Source of the DNA: Ramlibacter sp.
Lineage (GTDB): Bacteria > Pseudomonadota > Gammaproteobacteria > Burkholderiales > Burkholderiaceae_C
DNA length: 64,000 nt
NCBI RefSeq assembly: GCF_029866045.1
Contig: NZ_JARXAB010000172.1
Span: 177 to 64,176 of the forward strand
Direction of reading: 5' to 3'
The position numbers and the translations under genes were made by a program. Shown here one piece after another: positions 45,409-55,182 of this stretch. The notes below the pieces were generated by a model, which was not told where the DNA came from, searched no databases, and worked only from the letters and a program-made list of their open reading frames with translations. Within the stretch, counting starts at the first letter, position 1, and the number at the start of each line of letters is the position of its first letter.

Positions 45409-46589
45409 TGCTCGCTGTCGCTCACGTGGTCGATCGGAGCGTTCGGCAGCGGCTTGCCGCGCAAGGGCAGCGCCACGACTGCGGTGCCGGGCATGATGTT
45501 TTCGCCACGCTGGTTCATGCCGGAGATCTCACACTCGACATAGCCGATACCGCTCTTGCCCTGCCACTTGCGCAGCACCGTACCGCCGATGCGCACCGTA
45601 TCGCCAATGAAGTTCATGTAGCGGTACTTGGCGAACACCTCGCAGACCCAGCCGTCATCACCGGCCCAGTTGGTCATGAGGTGGGTGGCCCAGGCGCCGC
45701 GCTGCGACCCGTAGTCATAGGGCGCGGGCATGCCGATTTCAGCGGCCATGAACGGGTCCCAGTGCACCCGCTCAACGGCCTGCGGGATGCCGGTCTCGGG
45801 GTCTTTCACCGCCACCTTGGGCGACTGGCGGCGGTAGGCCAACCAGTACTGGCCGCTGCGGATATGGGGAGAGCCGATACCCATCATCCAGGCAATCATG
45901 TCGGCCACGGTCAGCGGGCCGCGCACGATCGGATGTACGGCCTCACCCACGCGCACGTCTTCCCAGTAGCGCGGCGTTGCGCCCCGCACTTCTTCGGCGG
46001 CGGTTTCGGCGTCGATCTGGGCAATTTCCTCGTCGCTGTAACGGGCCTTGGGAATGGAGGCGTACTTGCCCTTTTCCTTGCCCTTGTCACGCTCGGTGCG
46101 CACCGCCGACATGCGGCAGGTGGCCACCAGTTCGTCACGCTGGTTGTAGTAGCGCATTTCGCGGACCTGCATCAGCGAGCGGCCCGCATAGGAGCCGGTG
46201 CGCTCGTCGAGGGCGACCATTTCCTTGGTGGCGTGCACCTCGTCACCGTCAAGAAGGGGGCGGTGGTAGACCCAACGGTCACTGGCGTGCAGGCCGTGGA
46301 CGCCGGGCAAGCCTTCTCCGCGGCGCATGTCCCAGCTGCCCCAGGACACGGCGTACAAGAGTGCGGGCGGCGCCACCATCTTGCCGAAGCGCGAGGCGGC
46401 AGCGTGGTCCTTGGCGATCCACAGAGGATTCATGTCGCCAATGGCGCGCGCCACGTGGCGGATGCTGTCGCCATTGACATAGCGGACAAAGGGCTCCTCG
46501 ATAGGGTGGACTTGACCGATGCGCCGGCGGACTTGGGCGATGGATTCTTCGGAGATGACGCCGTAGGTCGGCTCGGGGGCAGTGGACAT
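45405..46589 (-). CDS. MaoC/FAS1-like double hot-dog dehydratase domain protein
   Basis: IRHVARAIGDMNPLW..APP, RYWEDVRVGE and VHWD...A...GMPAPYDYG. Start at ATG 46589 after GAGG; the ORF track's longer start overlaps gntR. Confidence 0.8.
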   Translation of the reverse strand: MSTAPEPTYGVISEESIAQVRRRIGQVHPIEEPFVRYVNGDSIRHVARAIGDMNPLWIAKDHAAASRFGKMVAPPALLYAVSWGSWDMRRGEGLPGVHGLHASDRWVYHRPLLDGDEVHATKEMVALDERTGSYAGRSLMQVREMRYYNQRDELVATCRMSAVRTERDKGKEKGKYASIPKARYSDEEIAQIDAETAAEEVRGATPRYWEDVRVGEAVHPIVRGPLTVADMIAWMMGIGSPHIRSGQYWLAYRRQSPKVAVKDPETGIPQAVERVHWDPFMAAEIGMPAPYDYGSQRGAWATHLMTNWAGDDGWVCEVFAKYRYMNFIGDTVRIGGTVLRKWQGKSGIGYVECEISGMNQRGENIMPGTAVVALPLRGKPLPNAPIDHVSDSEQ

Positions 46590-46662
46590 GGGGACCTCAG
46601 TTAATGCAGAGAGCGAGAGAGAAGCGGGTTGATCGAAAAGGTCGATAAAAAGTGGCGAGCGC

Positions 46663-47334
46663 TCAGTGCTCGGCCACCACGAAATCGCGCGCCTCAAGAA
46701 TGTGGGACTCGAGCAGCCGACGCACTTCGCCCGCGTCGTCCTGCCTGAAAGCGTCGACGATGCGGCGGTGAAAGTCATAGGAGGCGCGCTGCCTGTCGAC
46801 GCTGCGCCAGGTGTAGAGACGGTAGGCCATGGGCATGCGCAGCGAGGCGTGCATTCGCAGCACTGTTTCGCTCTGGCTGGCTGCGAGGATGGTGTCGTGG
46901 AACTCACCGTTGAGCTCGACCAGCTCGCTCACCGCATGCAGGTCCTCGGGCTCGATTTCTGCCATGCGGTCGGCGAGCTTTTCGGTGTTGGCCGCCAGCA
47001 GGCCCGCAACGCGCTTGCCGTCATTGCGGCAGGCGAGTTCGCCGGCCAGGCCCTCGAGCGTGGCGCGCACGGTGAAGCGGTCAGCCAGCTCAGGGCGGCC
47101 AAAGCGCTGTACCACCGCGCCGCGGTTAGGGAGGATCTTGATCATCCCGTCGGTCTCGAGCGCCTTGAGCGCCTCACGCACCGGCGTGCGGCTGATGCCC
47201 AGTTGCGCGGCGATGTGTTCGATGGTCAGGCGCTCCTCGGGCTTGATGTGCCCTTCGAAGATCGCGCTGCGGATCATGTCGGCGGCCTTGTCGGCCAGGG
47301 AGTCGGATTTGAGCTTGCGCAGGAATTGGGGCAT
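46663..47334 (-). CDS. GntR (FCD/FadR subfamily) transcriptional regulator
   Basis: HTH IAAQLGISRTPVREAL, and an FCD domain with NGEFH and H..I. Confidence 0.93.
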   Translation of the reverse strand: MPQFLRKLKSDSLADKAADMIRSAIFEGHIKPEERLTIEHIAAQLGISRTPVREALKALETDGMIKILPNRGAVVQRFGRPELADRFTVRATLEGLAGELACRNDGKRVAGLLAANTEKLADRMAEIEPEDLHAVSELVELNGEFHDTILAASQSETVLRMHASLRMPMAYRLYTWRSVDRQRASYDFHRRIVDAFRQDDAGEVRRLLESHILEARDFVVAEH

Positions 47335-47355
47335 ACGGAAAGAGTCAGTTGCGGG

Positions 47356-48138
47356 TCATGCCGCCATCGTTGCTTCGGGGGGGAACTGCAGCACCAGAAC
47401 ATCGGCACCCGCCGGGCTGGCCTGCAGACTGAAGGCGTCGGCCCTCTCGGCAAAGCACAGTGAGCCCACCGACAACAAGGGCTGGGTTGCCGCATGGGCA
47501 CGCGCTGGCACGTCGGCCGGAGCGCCCGTGTCCACTTGCACCAGGGCGCCGGCCGTCACCAGATAGAAGCGGGCACCTTCACCGGGCAGTTCACCGGCCA
47601 AGAGACGTTCGCCTGGGGGCAGACCCACCTGCCAGACGGCCATGCCCTCGGGCGTGAGCGGCAGGCAGGTCTGAACCCGCATAGTGCCCAGCGCCGCGAG
47701 AGCGGACGCACCCGGGACGTCGATCGGGCCACTGACCGCATGGTGCTTGGGCAAGCCAGCGCGCATCAGGCCCCGCGATTGCGGCATGAACTTCGCCCCC
47801 GGGTCGATCTGGGGACGCAATACGTAGTAGCTCAGGCCCTCCTCGCCGGCTTCGATCGGGCCGTAGCCCGTGTCTGGCGAGCTGTAGTGCACGGTCCATG
47901 GCTGCACTGGCTTGCGCCCGAGCAAGCCACCACCGGCGGAGACCACCTGGAATTGGTGGCAGGTGTGGAAATGGGCCGGGATGACGCACCCGGCCTGCTG
48001 CTCGATGATCTTCGCGTTGGGTGCGCAGGGACCAGCAGGCGAGTCGATCAGGGGCAGGCGCCAGCCTGTGAACTCGGACGATGCGACCGGAACCGCGCGG
48101 GCGCGGTCAAGGGGGTCAAAAGCGTGCGAGCGAATCAC
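47356..48138 (-). CDS. Hypothetical cupin-like protein
   Basis: AHFHTCHQFQVV..G.G motif and HYSSPDTGYGPI. Start uncertain; GTG 48138 chosen so the gene does not overlap the operator region. Confidence 0.6.
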   Translation of the reverse strand: MIRSHAFDPLDRARAVPVASSEFTGWRLPLIDSPAGPCAPNAKIIEQQAGCVIPAHFHTCHQFQVVSAGGGLLGRKPVQPWTVHYSSPDTGYGPIEAGEEGLSYYVLRPQIDPGAKFMPQSRGLMRAGLPKHHAVSGPIDVPGASALAALGTMRVQTCLPLTPEGMAVWQVGLPPGERLLAGELPGEGARFYLVTAGALVQVDTGAPADVPARAHAATQPLLSVGSLCFAERADAFSLQASPAGADVLVLQFPPEATMAA

Positions 48139-48160
48139 GTGAAGCGAGGTCTGGCGGTTG

Positions 48161-48261
48161 ATTACATGTAATATATGCTGGTCAACCCGACTCTTGTATT
48201 GGGGGTTTACCCTGCGGCCAGACAGTCTGTGCGGGAGATAGGCTGGACCAGTACATGTAAT
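48161..48261. promoter_or_regulatory. Two TACATGTAAT palindromic sites in a divergent promoter; candidate GntR operators
   Basis: ATTACATGTAAT (perfect, 48161-48172) and AGTACATGTAAT (48250-48261), one near each divergent start. Confidence 0.6.
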
Positions 48262-48295
48262 GTTGAACATGACCGGGCCACGGTCTGGAGCCTCC

Positions 48296-48844
48296 ATGGA
48301 AGTCACCCGCGAAGAACTGCATTTCCGCCGCATCGACATGCGCGGCTACCGCCGCAGCGACGGCCTGTATGAGGTCGAGGGCCGCGTCGTCGACCGCAAG
48401 CCCCACGACCTGCAGATGCCTGGGCACACCCGGGTGGTGCCGGCGCACGAGCCCATGCACGACATGGGTGTGCGCCTAGTGTTCGACGACACCATGGTCG
48501 TCCACGAGGTCCACACCTTCACCGACTCCTCGCCCTACCCCGCCTGCCCCGAGGGTGGCCGGGCGCTGCAATCGATTACGGGCCTGGCCATGACCCGGGG
48601 CTGGGCCAAAGAAGTCAGTGCACGCCTCGGTGGCGACCGCAGCTGCACTCACCTCAAGGAGCTGCTTGTTCCCCTGGCTACCGCTGCCTTTCAGTCCCTG
48701 TCCATGCTGCGTATCAGCCGGCCTGCGCGCCGTGACGAGAACGGACGTCCCGACAAGATCGACAGCTGCTACGCCTATGCCGCCGATGGCGAGGTGGTGC
48801 GTGCGCGCTGGCCCCGTTTTTTCCGTCCCCGCGTCACGAAGTGA
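48296..48844 (+). CDS. DUF2889-like protein
   Basis: REELHFRRI...YRRSDGLYEVEG...D.K, PYPAC, SCTHLKEL and KIDSCYAY. ATG 48296 follows GGAG. Confidence 0.85.
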   Translation: MEVTREELHFRRIDMRGYRRSDGLYEVEGRVVDRKPHDLQMPGHTRVVPAHEPMHDMGVRLVFDDTMVVHEVHTFTDSSPYPACPEGGRALQSITGLAMTRGWAKEVSARLGGDRSCTHLKELLVPLATAAFQSLSMLRISRPARRDENGRPDKIDSCYAYAADGEVVRARWPRFFRPRVTK

Positions 48845-48889
48845 AGCGCCGGCTGGCGCGGCGCCCCCTCCAAACACCCCACCCACACG

Positions 48890-49657
48890 ATGTCAGTCCC
48901 TCCCATCCAGATTTCCACCCAGGGTCAGGTCACCACCGTCTCGCTGCACCGCCCGCCGCACAACTTCATTGACGAGGCATCGCTGGCCGCTCTGGCCGAT
49001 GCGGTGGACGCGCTGGACGCCGACGAGACCTGCCGGGCGATCGTGCTCGCCGCCGAGGGCAAGACCTTCTGTGCAGGTGCTGATCTCAGCCGACTGCCCC
49101 AAGTGAACGGCGTTGCCGATGCCACCCCGCTCTACGCCCAGGCCCTGCGCCTGTTTCGCTCGCGCAAACCAATGGTGGCCGCGATCCAAGGCGCGGCCAT
49201 CGGCGCTGGCGCCGGACTCGCGCTGGTCGCGGACTTTCGGGTGGCCTGCCCGGCCAGCCGCTTCAGCGTCAACTTCAACCGTCTGGGCTTCCACCCAGGC
49301 TTCGGTCTGAGCGCCACCCTCCCCCGGCTGGTGGGCCAACAGATGGCCGCCCGCTTGTTCTACATCGGTGAGCGCATCGATGGCGAGCGCATGCTGCAAC
49401 TCGGGCTGGCCGACGAACTGGCGGCCGACGACGAGGTACTGGCGCGCGCACAGGCATTCGCCCAGGAGATCGCGCTGTCCGCTCCGCTGGCTGTCCAGAG
49501 CACTCGCGAGACCCTGCGTCAGGGCCTGGCCGATCAGGTGGCCGCAGTCAATGCGCGCGAGGTTGTCCTCCAGCGCGAGCAGTTCGCCACCGAGGATTTT
49601 CGGGAGGGCGTTGCCGCAGCAACCGAGCGGCGGGCGCCCAGGTTCATGGGGCGCTGA
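48890..49657 (+). CDS. Enoyl-CoA hydratase/isomerase (crotonase) family
   Basis: FCAGADL, KPMVAAIQGAAIGAG, ADFRVA and EDFREGV. Confidence 0.92.
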   Translation: MSVPPIQISTQGQVTTVSLHRPPHNFIDEASLAALADAVDALDADETCRAIVLAAEGKTFCAGADLSRLPQVNGVADATPLYAQALRLFRSRKPMVAAIQGAAIGAGAGLALVADFRVACPASRFSVNFNRLGFHPGFGLSATLPRLVGQQMAARLFYIGERIDGERMLQLGLADELAADDEVLARAQAFAQEIALSAPLAVQSTRETLRQGLADQVAAVNAREVVLQREQFATEDFREGVAAATERRAPRFMGR

Positions 49658-49719
49658 GCGCAGCGCGACAGACGGATTCGTCAGCGAGCGACCGCATGCA
49701 TCCGCGTGCGGATGAGCAT

Positions 49720-49753
49720 TATTCACATGACTTGAACATAAGTAGTGTGAATA
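49720..49753. promoter_or_regulatory. Imperfect inverted repeat upstream of abiEi (autoregulatory operator candidate)
   Basis: TATTCACATGACTT-N6-AAGTAGTGTGAATA, 12 of 14 positions pair, in an AT-rich patch 15 bp before the start. Confidence 0.6.
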
Positions 49754-49768
49754 TTAAACTCAGGGCCT

Positions 49769-50368
49769 ATGACCCAAACCATCCAGATCCTCGAGTTCGC
49801 GCAGCACCGAGGCATGGTGCGAGCAGCCGATCTGCGTCAGCACGGTTGGTCGCCCCAACTGCTGCTCCGTCTGCACCAGACGGGCCAACTGCAGCGGGTA
49901 TCACGGGGCCTCTACAGCCTGCCAAACGGCGAGATCACCGAACACCACACGCTGATCGAGGTCTGCCAGCGGGTCCCCAAGGGAGTGCTGTGCCTGCTGA
50001 CCGCGCTCCGGTATCACGGCATCGGGACGCAGCAGCCGCACGCGGTGTGGCTGGCCCTGCCAGAGGGCACCCAGGCACCGGCCCTGGACTACCCCACGCT
50101 GCGCATTGCACGCCTGCGAGGAGAGGCCTACTCCGAGGGCATTCAAACCGTCACAGAACACGGCGCTCCGATACGCGTCTACAGCTTGGCCAAAACAGTG
50201 ACCGACTGCTTCAAGTTTCGCAACAAGATCGGCATTGACGTCGCACTGGAGGCGCTCAAGGACGCCTGGCACAACAAACGCGCCACCATGGCCGAGTTAC
50301 GTCACTTTGCCAGGATCAACCGGGTGGAGAAGGTCATGCAGCCCTACCTCGAATCGGTCGCAGCGTGA
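49769..50368 (+). CDS. abiEi: Type IV toxin-antitoxin AbiEi-family antitoxin/transcriptional regulator
   Basis: N-terminal wHTH with LQRVSRGLY, CLLTALRYHG and IRVYSLAKTVTDCFKFRNKIG. Confidence 0.88.
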   Translation: MTQTIQILEFAQHRGMVRAADLRQHGWSPQLLLRLHQTGQLQRVSRGLYSLPNGEITEHHTLIEVCQRVPKGVLCLLTALRYHGIGTQQPHAVWLALPEGTQAPALDYPTLRIARLRGEAYSEGIQTVTEHGAPIRVYSLAKTVTDCFKFRNKIGIDVALEALKDAWHNKRATMAELRHFARINRVEKVMQPYLESVAA

Positions 50369-51267
50369 GCGCCAACCTGTCGGCCTCCATCCTCGCCCGG
50401 CTGCTCACACTGGCCAAGCACAGGGGTGAGGACTACAGCCTGCTCCTCAATCGCTTTGCGCTGGAGCGCCTGCTTTTCAGAATCAGCCGGTCACCCCACG
50501 CGGACAGATTCCTGCTCAAAGGCGCCTTGCTCTTTTCGCTTTGGTACGACGAGCCACACCGCCCCACAAGCGACGCAGACTTGCTGGGTTTCGGCGCTGG
50601 TGACGAAGCAAGCCTGATCGCCACCTTTCGCGAAATTGCGGTCCTGGAAATGGGCGACGGGATCTTCTTCGACCCGGGCTCGGTCAGAGCGGGCGCAATT
50701 CGCGAGGAGGCCTCGTACGGCGGTAGCCGCATCAAGCTGGTCGCTCAGGTTGGCTCCGCGCGCTGCGCATTGCAGATCGACGTCGCCTTTGGCGACGCGG
50801 TGACACCGGCGCCGACGATTGCAACGTATCCGGTGCTGCTCAATGATTTCAAGGCCCCCAAGCTTCGCGTCTACCCCGTCTACTCCGTGATCGCAGAGAA
50901 GTACCACGCCATGGTGATACTTGGCCAGGCAAACAGCCGCATGAAGGATTTCTTCGACCTCAGAGTGATCGCGCAGCGCACCCCTCTGCACGGAGCCATC
51001 CTGGCCGCGGCGATTGCCGCCACCTTTGATCGCCGACAGACGCCGCTACCCGACCAACTTCCCTTCGCGCTGTCGGAGGATTTCAGCCAAGACATCGGCA
51101 AGCTGCGCCAGTGGCAAGCCTTTCTGAACAAGAACCGACTCGAGGCAAGCAGCCTGGCCGACACGGTCACCCTTCTGCGGCTCTTGCTATGGCCAGCTAC
51201 GCAGGTGGCCGTGGCCCGCAGTCGGGCAACGGCCACGTGGGAGCCAGCGCAGGCCGCGTGGCGGTGA
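50365..51267 (+). CDS. abiEii: AbiEii/AbiGii-family nucleotidyltransferase toxin
   Basis: ERLLFR, FLLKGALL, RPTSDADL, IDVAFGD, IAEKYHA and NSRMKDFFD. Overlaps abiEi by 4 bp. Confidence 0.9.
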   Translation: MSANLSASILARLLTLAKHRGEDYSLLLNRFALERLLFRISRSPHADRFLLKGALLFSLWYDEPHRPTSDADLLGFGAGDEASLIATFREIAVLEMGDGIFFDPGSVRAGAIREEASYGGSRIKLVAQVGSARCALQIDVAFGDAVTPAPTIATYPVLLNDFKAPKLRVYPVYSVIAEKYHAMVILGQANSRMKDFFDLRVIAQRTPLHGAILAAAIAATFDRRQTPLPDQLPFALSEDFSQDIGKLRQWQAFLNKNRLEASSLADTVTLLRLLLWPATQVAVARSRATATWEPAQAAWR

Positions 51268-51319
51268 GGCGGCTGGATCGGGCGGACAGTGCCCCCGCCG
51301 CTCCCAGCATTGCCAGGCC

Positions 51320-52651
51320 CTAGCGCGGCGCAATCCGAGTGGCGAGCGCCTTGGGCGTGTACTCGGGCACGAACAGGCAGGCAGCGGGGTTGCCTGCCTG
51401 CTGCACGCGACAGCGGTCCGCGATGCCCTGGGGCGTGGGCTTGGTGCCTTGCTCGACCCAGGCCAGCAGGGCATCAAAGAGCGGTGGGTACATCGCGTCT
51501 CCGAAGTAGCTGTGGTCGGCCGAATTGACGAAGGTCTGCACCAGGCGCGCGCCGTTGCCGGCACGCTCCATGCGCTGCTTCAGGGTGTCACTGCCTTCGA
51601 CGAACACCGTCGAATCGCGAATGCCGTTGGAGCTGATGACCGGAACGCGAAACTTGCCGACGTAGTCAACATCTGCTGCAAAGGCAGCCGCCGCCTTCGG
51701 GTCAGCCTGGAAGCGCAAACCCTTGGCGTCCAGCGCCGCATTGAGCGCTGCGTCGTCGCCTGAGCCGGTGTAGCGCACGCCCTTGTTGCCGAGAGGCGAG
51801 GCCCCCGCAGTGCGACTTACCACGTCCTGCAAACTAAAGGTACCCCAGTTGAGGTGACCGATGATGGAGTTCTCGGGGATGCGGATCACATCGACGATGG
51901 TCTTGATTTTGCGCAGCTGCTCGGGGCTGCGCTGGGCCGCGGGCTTGTTGAGGGCTAGGCATTCGTTGGCGCGGCTGGCCAAGTCCGCCGGTGTCATCTT
52001 TGTATCGGCTGGCAGACCGATGGAGAGCTGGTAGCTGGGCTCGGTGGGCCGCGGGTGGTTGCCGCACAGGTGCTGGTACACCGCGCGCAGGTCAATCCGG
52101 AAGTCGTAGGTGGTGGGCCCTGCGACCACGCCGCTGGTCAGCAACATGCCCTCCCAGGAATTGGGAAAGAGCTCTGCGGCGCGGGTGGCAACCATGGCAC
52201 CCCATGACTGCCCGTGCAACAGCGTGCGGCGCGGCTGCGCCACATGGCTCACAAAAATGCGCCGAACCCGCTCGGTGTCCTCGGCGGCGGTGGTCACACC
52301 GAACCCGCCCTGGCGGAACACAGAGCCGGCCCAGGCGTGGCCCTCGGACACGGTGATGGCCCAGCGCTTGATGTCCTCGTCGGCTCGGGTGATCTGGGGC
52401 GGGCCCAGGCTGGGACCGCCGTGCGCGTGAACGACCAGAATGCCACTCCACTTCTGGGGCATGACGATCAGGTAGTGAGCACCCACCGAATCCTGGCCGC
52501 GCAGGCAACGTGCGCCCGCGGGAACGCCCGCCGGACAGGGCGCCACCGCAGGCGCTGCCTCCTGGGTGGCCGGCGGTGTGAGGGCACAGCCCGAAAGCAG
52601 CGCAGCGCAGACGAGCGCGGACAAATGGCGCCAACTTGGCTTGAAAAGCAT
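51320..52651 (-). CDS. Putative lipoprotein with an alpha/beta-hydrolase fold
   Basis: Lipobox LLSGC, HAHGGP oxyanion-like motif, nucleophile elbow GQSWG, and distal Asp (RDSTV) and His (ADHS). Confidence 0.72.
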   Translation of the reverse strand: MLFKPSWRHLSALVCAALLSGCALTPPATQEAAPAVAPCPAGVPAGARCLRGQDSVGAHYLIVMPQKWSGILVVHAHGGPSLGPPQITRADEDIKRWAITVSEGHAWAGSVFRQGGFGVTTAAEDTERVRRIFVSHVAQPRRTLLHGQSWGAMVATRAAELFPNSWEGMLLTSGVVAGPTTYDFRIDLRAVYQHLCGNHPRPTEPSYQLSIGLPADTKMTPADLASRANECLALNKPAAQRSPEQLRKIKTIVDVIRIPENSIIGHLNWGTFSLQDVVSRTAGASPLGNKGVRYTGSGDDAALNAALDAKGLRFQADPKAAAAFAADVDYVGKFRVPVISSNGIRDSTVFVEGSDTLKQRMERAGNGARLVQTFVNSADHSYFGDAMYPPLFDALLAWVEQGTKPTPQGIADRCRVQQAGNPAACLFVPEYTPKALATRIAPR

Positions 52652-52702
52652 GAATCGGTCCTTTGGAAAAATGACTCGGTCTCGCCACCGGGGAGCGGGC
52701 AA

Positions 52703-54073
52703 TCAGCCAGGCCGATAGTCGTCTGGCGCGCCAGGCGGTATCGGCGGATGTGTTTTGAGAGATGTCTGAAAAGCATGCACCATCTTGCGAATGGGGCCGC
52801 GCGCCCAGCCCTGGGCGGCGTTGACGTCGGTTTCTTCTTTCGGGTCTTGGACCAGATTGAATAGATAGGGCGTCTCCAGGTGGTTGGCGCCGGCGTTGGG
52901 CTCGACCTCCCAGACGAAGTGCATCTTCCAGTCACGCCACTTGGCGGCGCGCAGTTCGCTCTTGATGTAGTAGACAAAGCCTTCGCGGCTGGACTTGTCT
53001 TGCAGGCCGCGCCAGAAGTCGAGCTGGTCCACCCCGTCGATCACGCGGTCTTGCGGCACGCCAGCGCCAGCGGCGCGCGCCAAGGTGGGAAGCATATCCA
53101 CCACATGCACGATCTCGTTGGTGACGCGCTGGGCGGGCACTTGGCCGGGCCAGCGCACGATGAGCGGCACGCGCAGCGCGCCCTCCATCGAGGTGTGATA
53201 CGTGCCCGTCCACATGCCTGCGCTGCCGCGCCAGGGGCGCCGGTATTCGGGACCGTTGTCGCTGGCAAAAATGAATATCGTGTCGTCCGTGAGGCCGCAG
53301 GCCTCGACGGTGTCGAGGAGCTGGCCCACGCGCGCATCCATCTCGACGAGTGAGTCGGCAAAGTCGCCCTTTTTGGTCTGCCCCTCGAAGTCACGGTGCG
53401 GAATCGTGGGGTAGTGCAACTGGGTCAGCGGCACATAGAGGAAGAAGGGCTTTCCCGAGGTAGCCTGCTCGCGAATGAACGCGCAGCCCCGGTCGGTGAG
53501 CTCGGCGTCGATGCGCCGACGCATTTCCAGGTCATAGGGCTCGCGCTTTTGCGCGGGCTGGCCGGCCCAGCCTTCCATCACGTGAGGAATGTCGACCACC
53601 TCCGGGTCAAACCCGACCTGCTCGGTGAACATGCTCTCGTTGGTGGTGCGGGGAATGCCGTACCAATGGTCAAAGCCGCGGTCTTTGGGGTAGCGGCCCT
53701 CCTGGTCGCCCAGGTGCCACTTGCCGTACATCGCGGTAGCGTAGCCCGCTTGCGAGAGCAGCTGGGCGATGGTGATCTCCCACGGGTGGATGCCTTGCGG
53801 CAGGCCCGCGGGCACCGACTGCAAAGCACCCGTGCGGATCGGGTGGCGACCGGTCATGAGGGCCGAGCGCGTGGGCACGCAGTCACTCTCGACATTGAAG
53901 TTCAGAAAGCGCATGCCTTGCGCCGCCAGCGCGTCGATGCGCGGGGTGGGTGCACCCCTTAACTCACCCCCGCCATAGCAACCGAGTTCACCCCAGCCCA
54001 GGTTGTCGGCAAGGACCAGAACAATGTGCGGGGGCTTGGCGCTGCTGGGCGCAGGGGGAGCGGGCTGGGTCAT
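52703..54073 (-). CDS. Arylsulfatase (Cys-type formylglycine sulfatase)
   Basis: PHIVLVLADNLG, CVPTRSALMTG (CxPxR), GKWHLG, SDNG and EGALRVP. No signal peptide seen. Alternative TTG start at 54103. Confidence 0.93.
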   Translation of the reverse strand: MTQPAPPAPSSAKPPHIVLVLADNLGWGELGCYGGGELRGAPTPRIDALAAQGMRFLNFNVESDCVPTRSALMTGRHPIRTGALQSVPAGLPQGIHPWEITIAQLLSQAGYATAMYGKWHLGDQEGRYPKDRGFDHWYGIPRTTNESMFTEQVGFDPEVVDIPHVMEGWAGQPAQKREPYDLEMRRRIDAELTDRGCAFIREQATSGKPFFLYVPLTQLHYPTIPHRDFEGQTKKGDFADSLVEMDARVGQLLDTVEACGLTDDTIFIFASDNGPEYRRPWRGSAGMWTGTYHTSMEGALRVPLIVRWPGQVPAQRVTNEIVHVVDMLPTLARAAGAGVPQDRVIDGVDQLDFWRGLQDKSSREGFVYYIKSELRAAKWRDWKMHFVWEVEPNAGANHLETPYLFNLVQDPKEETDVNAAQGWARGPIRKMVHAFQTSLKTHPPIPPGAPDDYRPG

Positions 54074-54095
54074 GGGGAGGGCGATCGGCAAACGG

Positions 54096-55088
54096 TCAGT
54101 CAACCAGATTGATGTTCAAGGTGGGAATGAGTTTTTCCCACTGGGCGACGGTGTCCTTAAGAAACTTGTCAAAGGCTGCGCCGCGCAGTGTCGAGGGCGT
54201 GATGCCGCTTTCGCCTAATTTCGCCTGGATCTCCGGCAACTGCACGATGCGCGAAATCTCTTCCGACAGACGGCGGGCGATGGGTTCGGGCAGGCCGGTG
54301 GGTGCCACTAGGCCAGCCCACTGCGTCATCGCGATCTGCGGAAAGCCCGCCTCGGTGAAGGTCGGCACATCGGGCAGGGCGGCGTTGCGCTGCGGAGAGG
54401 TCACGGCCAGCACCCGAACCTTGCCGTTACGGTGCTGCGCCAGCATCGGCGCGAGACCTAGCACCGCCACTGGCACCTGATTGGCCACCAGATCGGTCGA
54501 GGCCTGGCCACCGCCCTTGTAGGGGATGTGCACCATGTCAATCCCGGCGAGCTTGGACCACCACTCGCCCACCACATGCTGCGAGGTGCCAATGCCGGAG
54601 GTGCCGTAGGCCAGCTTGGCCGGCTGCCTGCGCGCCTGGGCGACCACATCGGCCAGGTTCTTGAGCGGAGAGGCTGCGGGGACCGCCAGACTAATGGGCT
54701 GATCGCCCACCATCGCCAGCCCCATCAAGTCACGGCGAAACTTCCAGGGCAGGGTCGGGCGAAAGGCGTCGAGCATGGCGGTGGAATCGGACGCCAGGCC
54801 CAGGGTGTAGCCGTCGGGCCGGGCCTGCGCCGCCTGCTGCATGCCGATGGCGCCTGAAGCACCCGGCCGGTTTTCCACCACCACACTTTGCTTGAGCGCC
54901 CGGGCCAGCTCGGCGCCCACCAGGCGGGCCACGATGTCGTTGGTGCCGCCGGCGGCTTGCGGGACGATGATCCGAATGGGCTGGTCGTCGGGCCAGGCTG
55001 CGTGCACGCCGGCACTCACCAGGCAAAGGGCCGCAAGGAGGGCCGGCCGCAGGCGCTGGGCCAGGGAGATCGTGCAAGGCTGATTCAT
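54096..55088 (-). CDS. Bug/TctC family substrate-binding protein
   Basis: IRIIVPQAAGGTND, VENRPGASG, PDGYTL, HIPYKGGG. Confidence 0.92.
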   Translation of the reverse strand: MNQPCTISLAQRLRPALLAALCLVSAGVHAAWPDDQPIRIIVPQAAGGTNDIVARLVGAELARALKQSVVVENRPGASGAIGMQQAAQARPDGYTLGLASDSTAMLDAFRPTLPWKFRRDLMGLAMVGDQPISLAVPAASPLKNLADVVAQARRQPAKLAYGTSGIGTSQHVVGEWWSKLAGIDMVHIPYKGGGQASTDLVANQVPVAVLGLAPMLAQHRNGKVRVLAVTSPQRNAALPDVPTFTEAGFPQIAMTQWAGLVAPTGLPEPIARRLSEEISRIVQLPEIQAKLGESGITPSTLRGAAFDKFLKDTVAQWEKLIPTLNINLVD

Positions 55089-55165
55089 GGGTTGATTTCC
55101 TGTGAAGTCTGCCCCCAGTCTAGAAACTCGGGTGACAAGCGTAAAATCGTTTTTCCTTGTCTTTT

Positions 55166-55182
55166 GATAAGCGCAGGTTATC
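55166..55182. promoter_or_regulatory. LysR-type T-N11-A recognition site
   Basis: GATAA-N7-TTATC dyad between the divergent bug and lysR genes. Confidence 0.7.

Noticed and set aside
49699-49714. Small hairpin CATCCGC-GT-GCGGATG after the crotonase gene
   Set aside because: Two-base loop and no U-tract; too weak to call a terminator.
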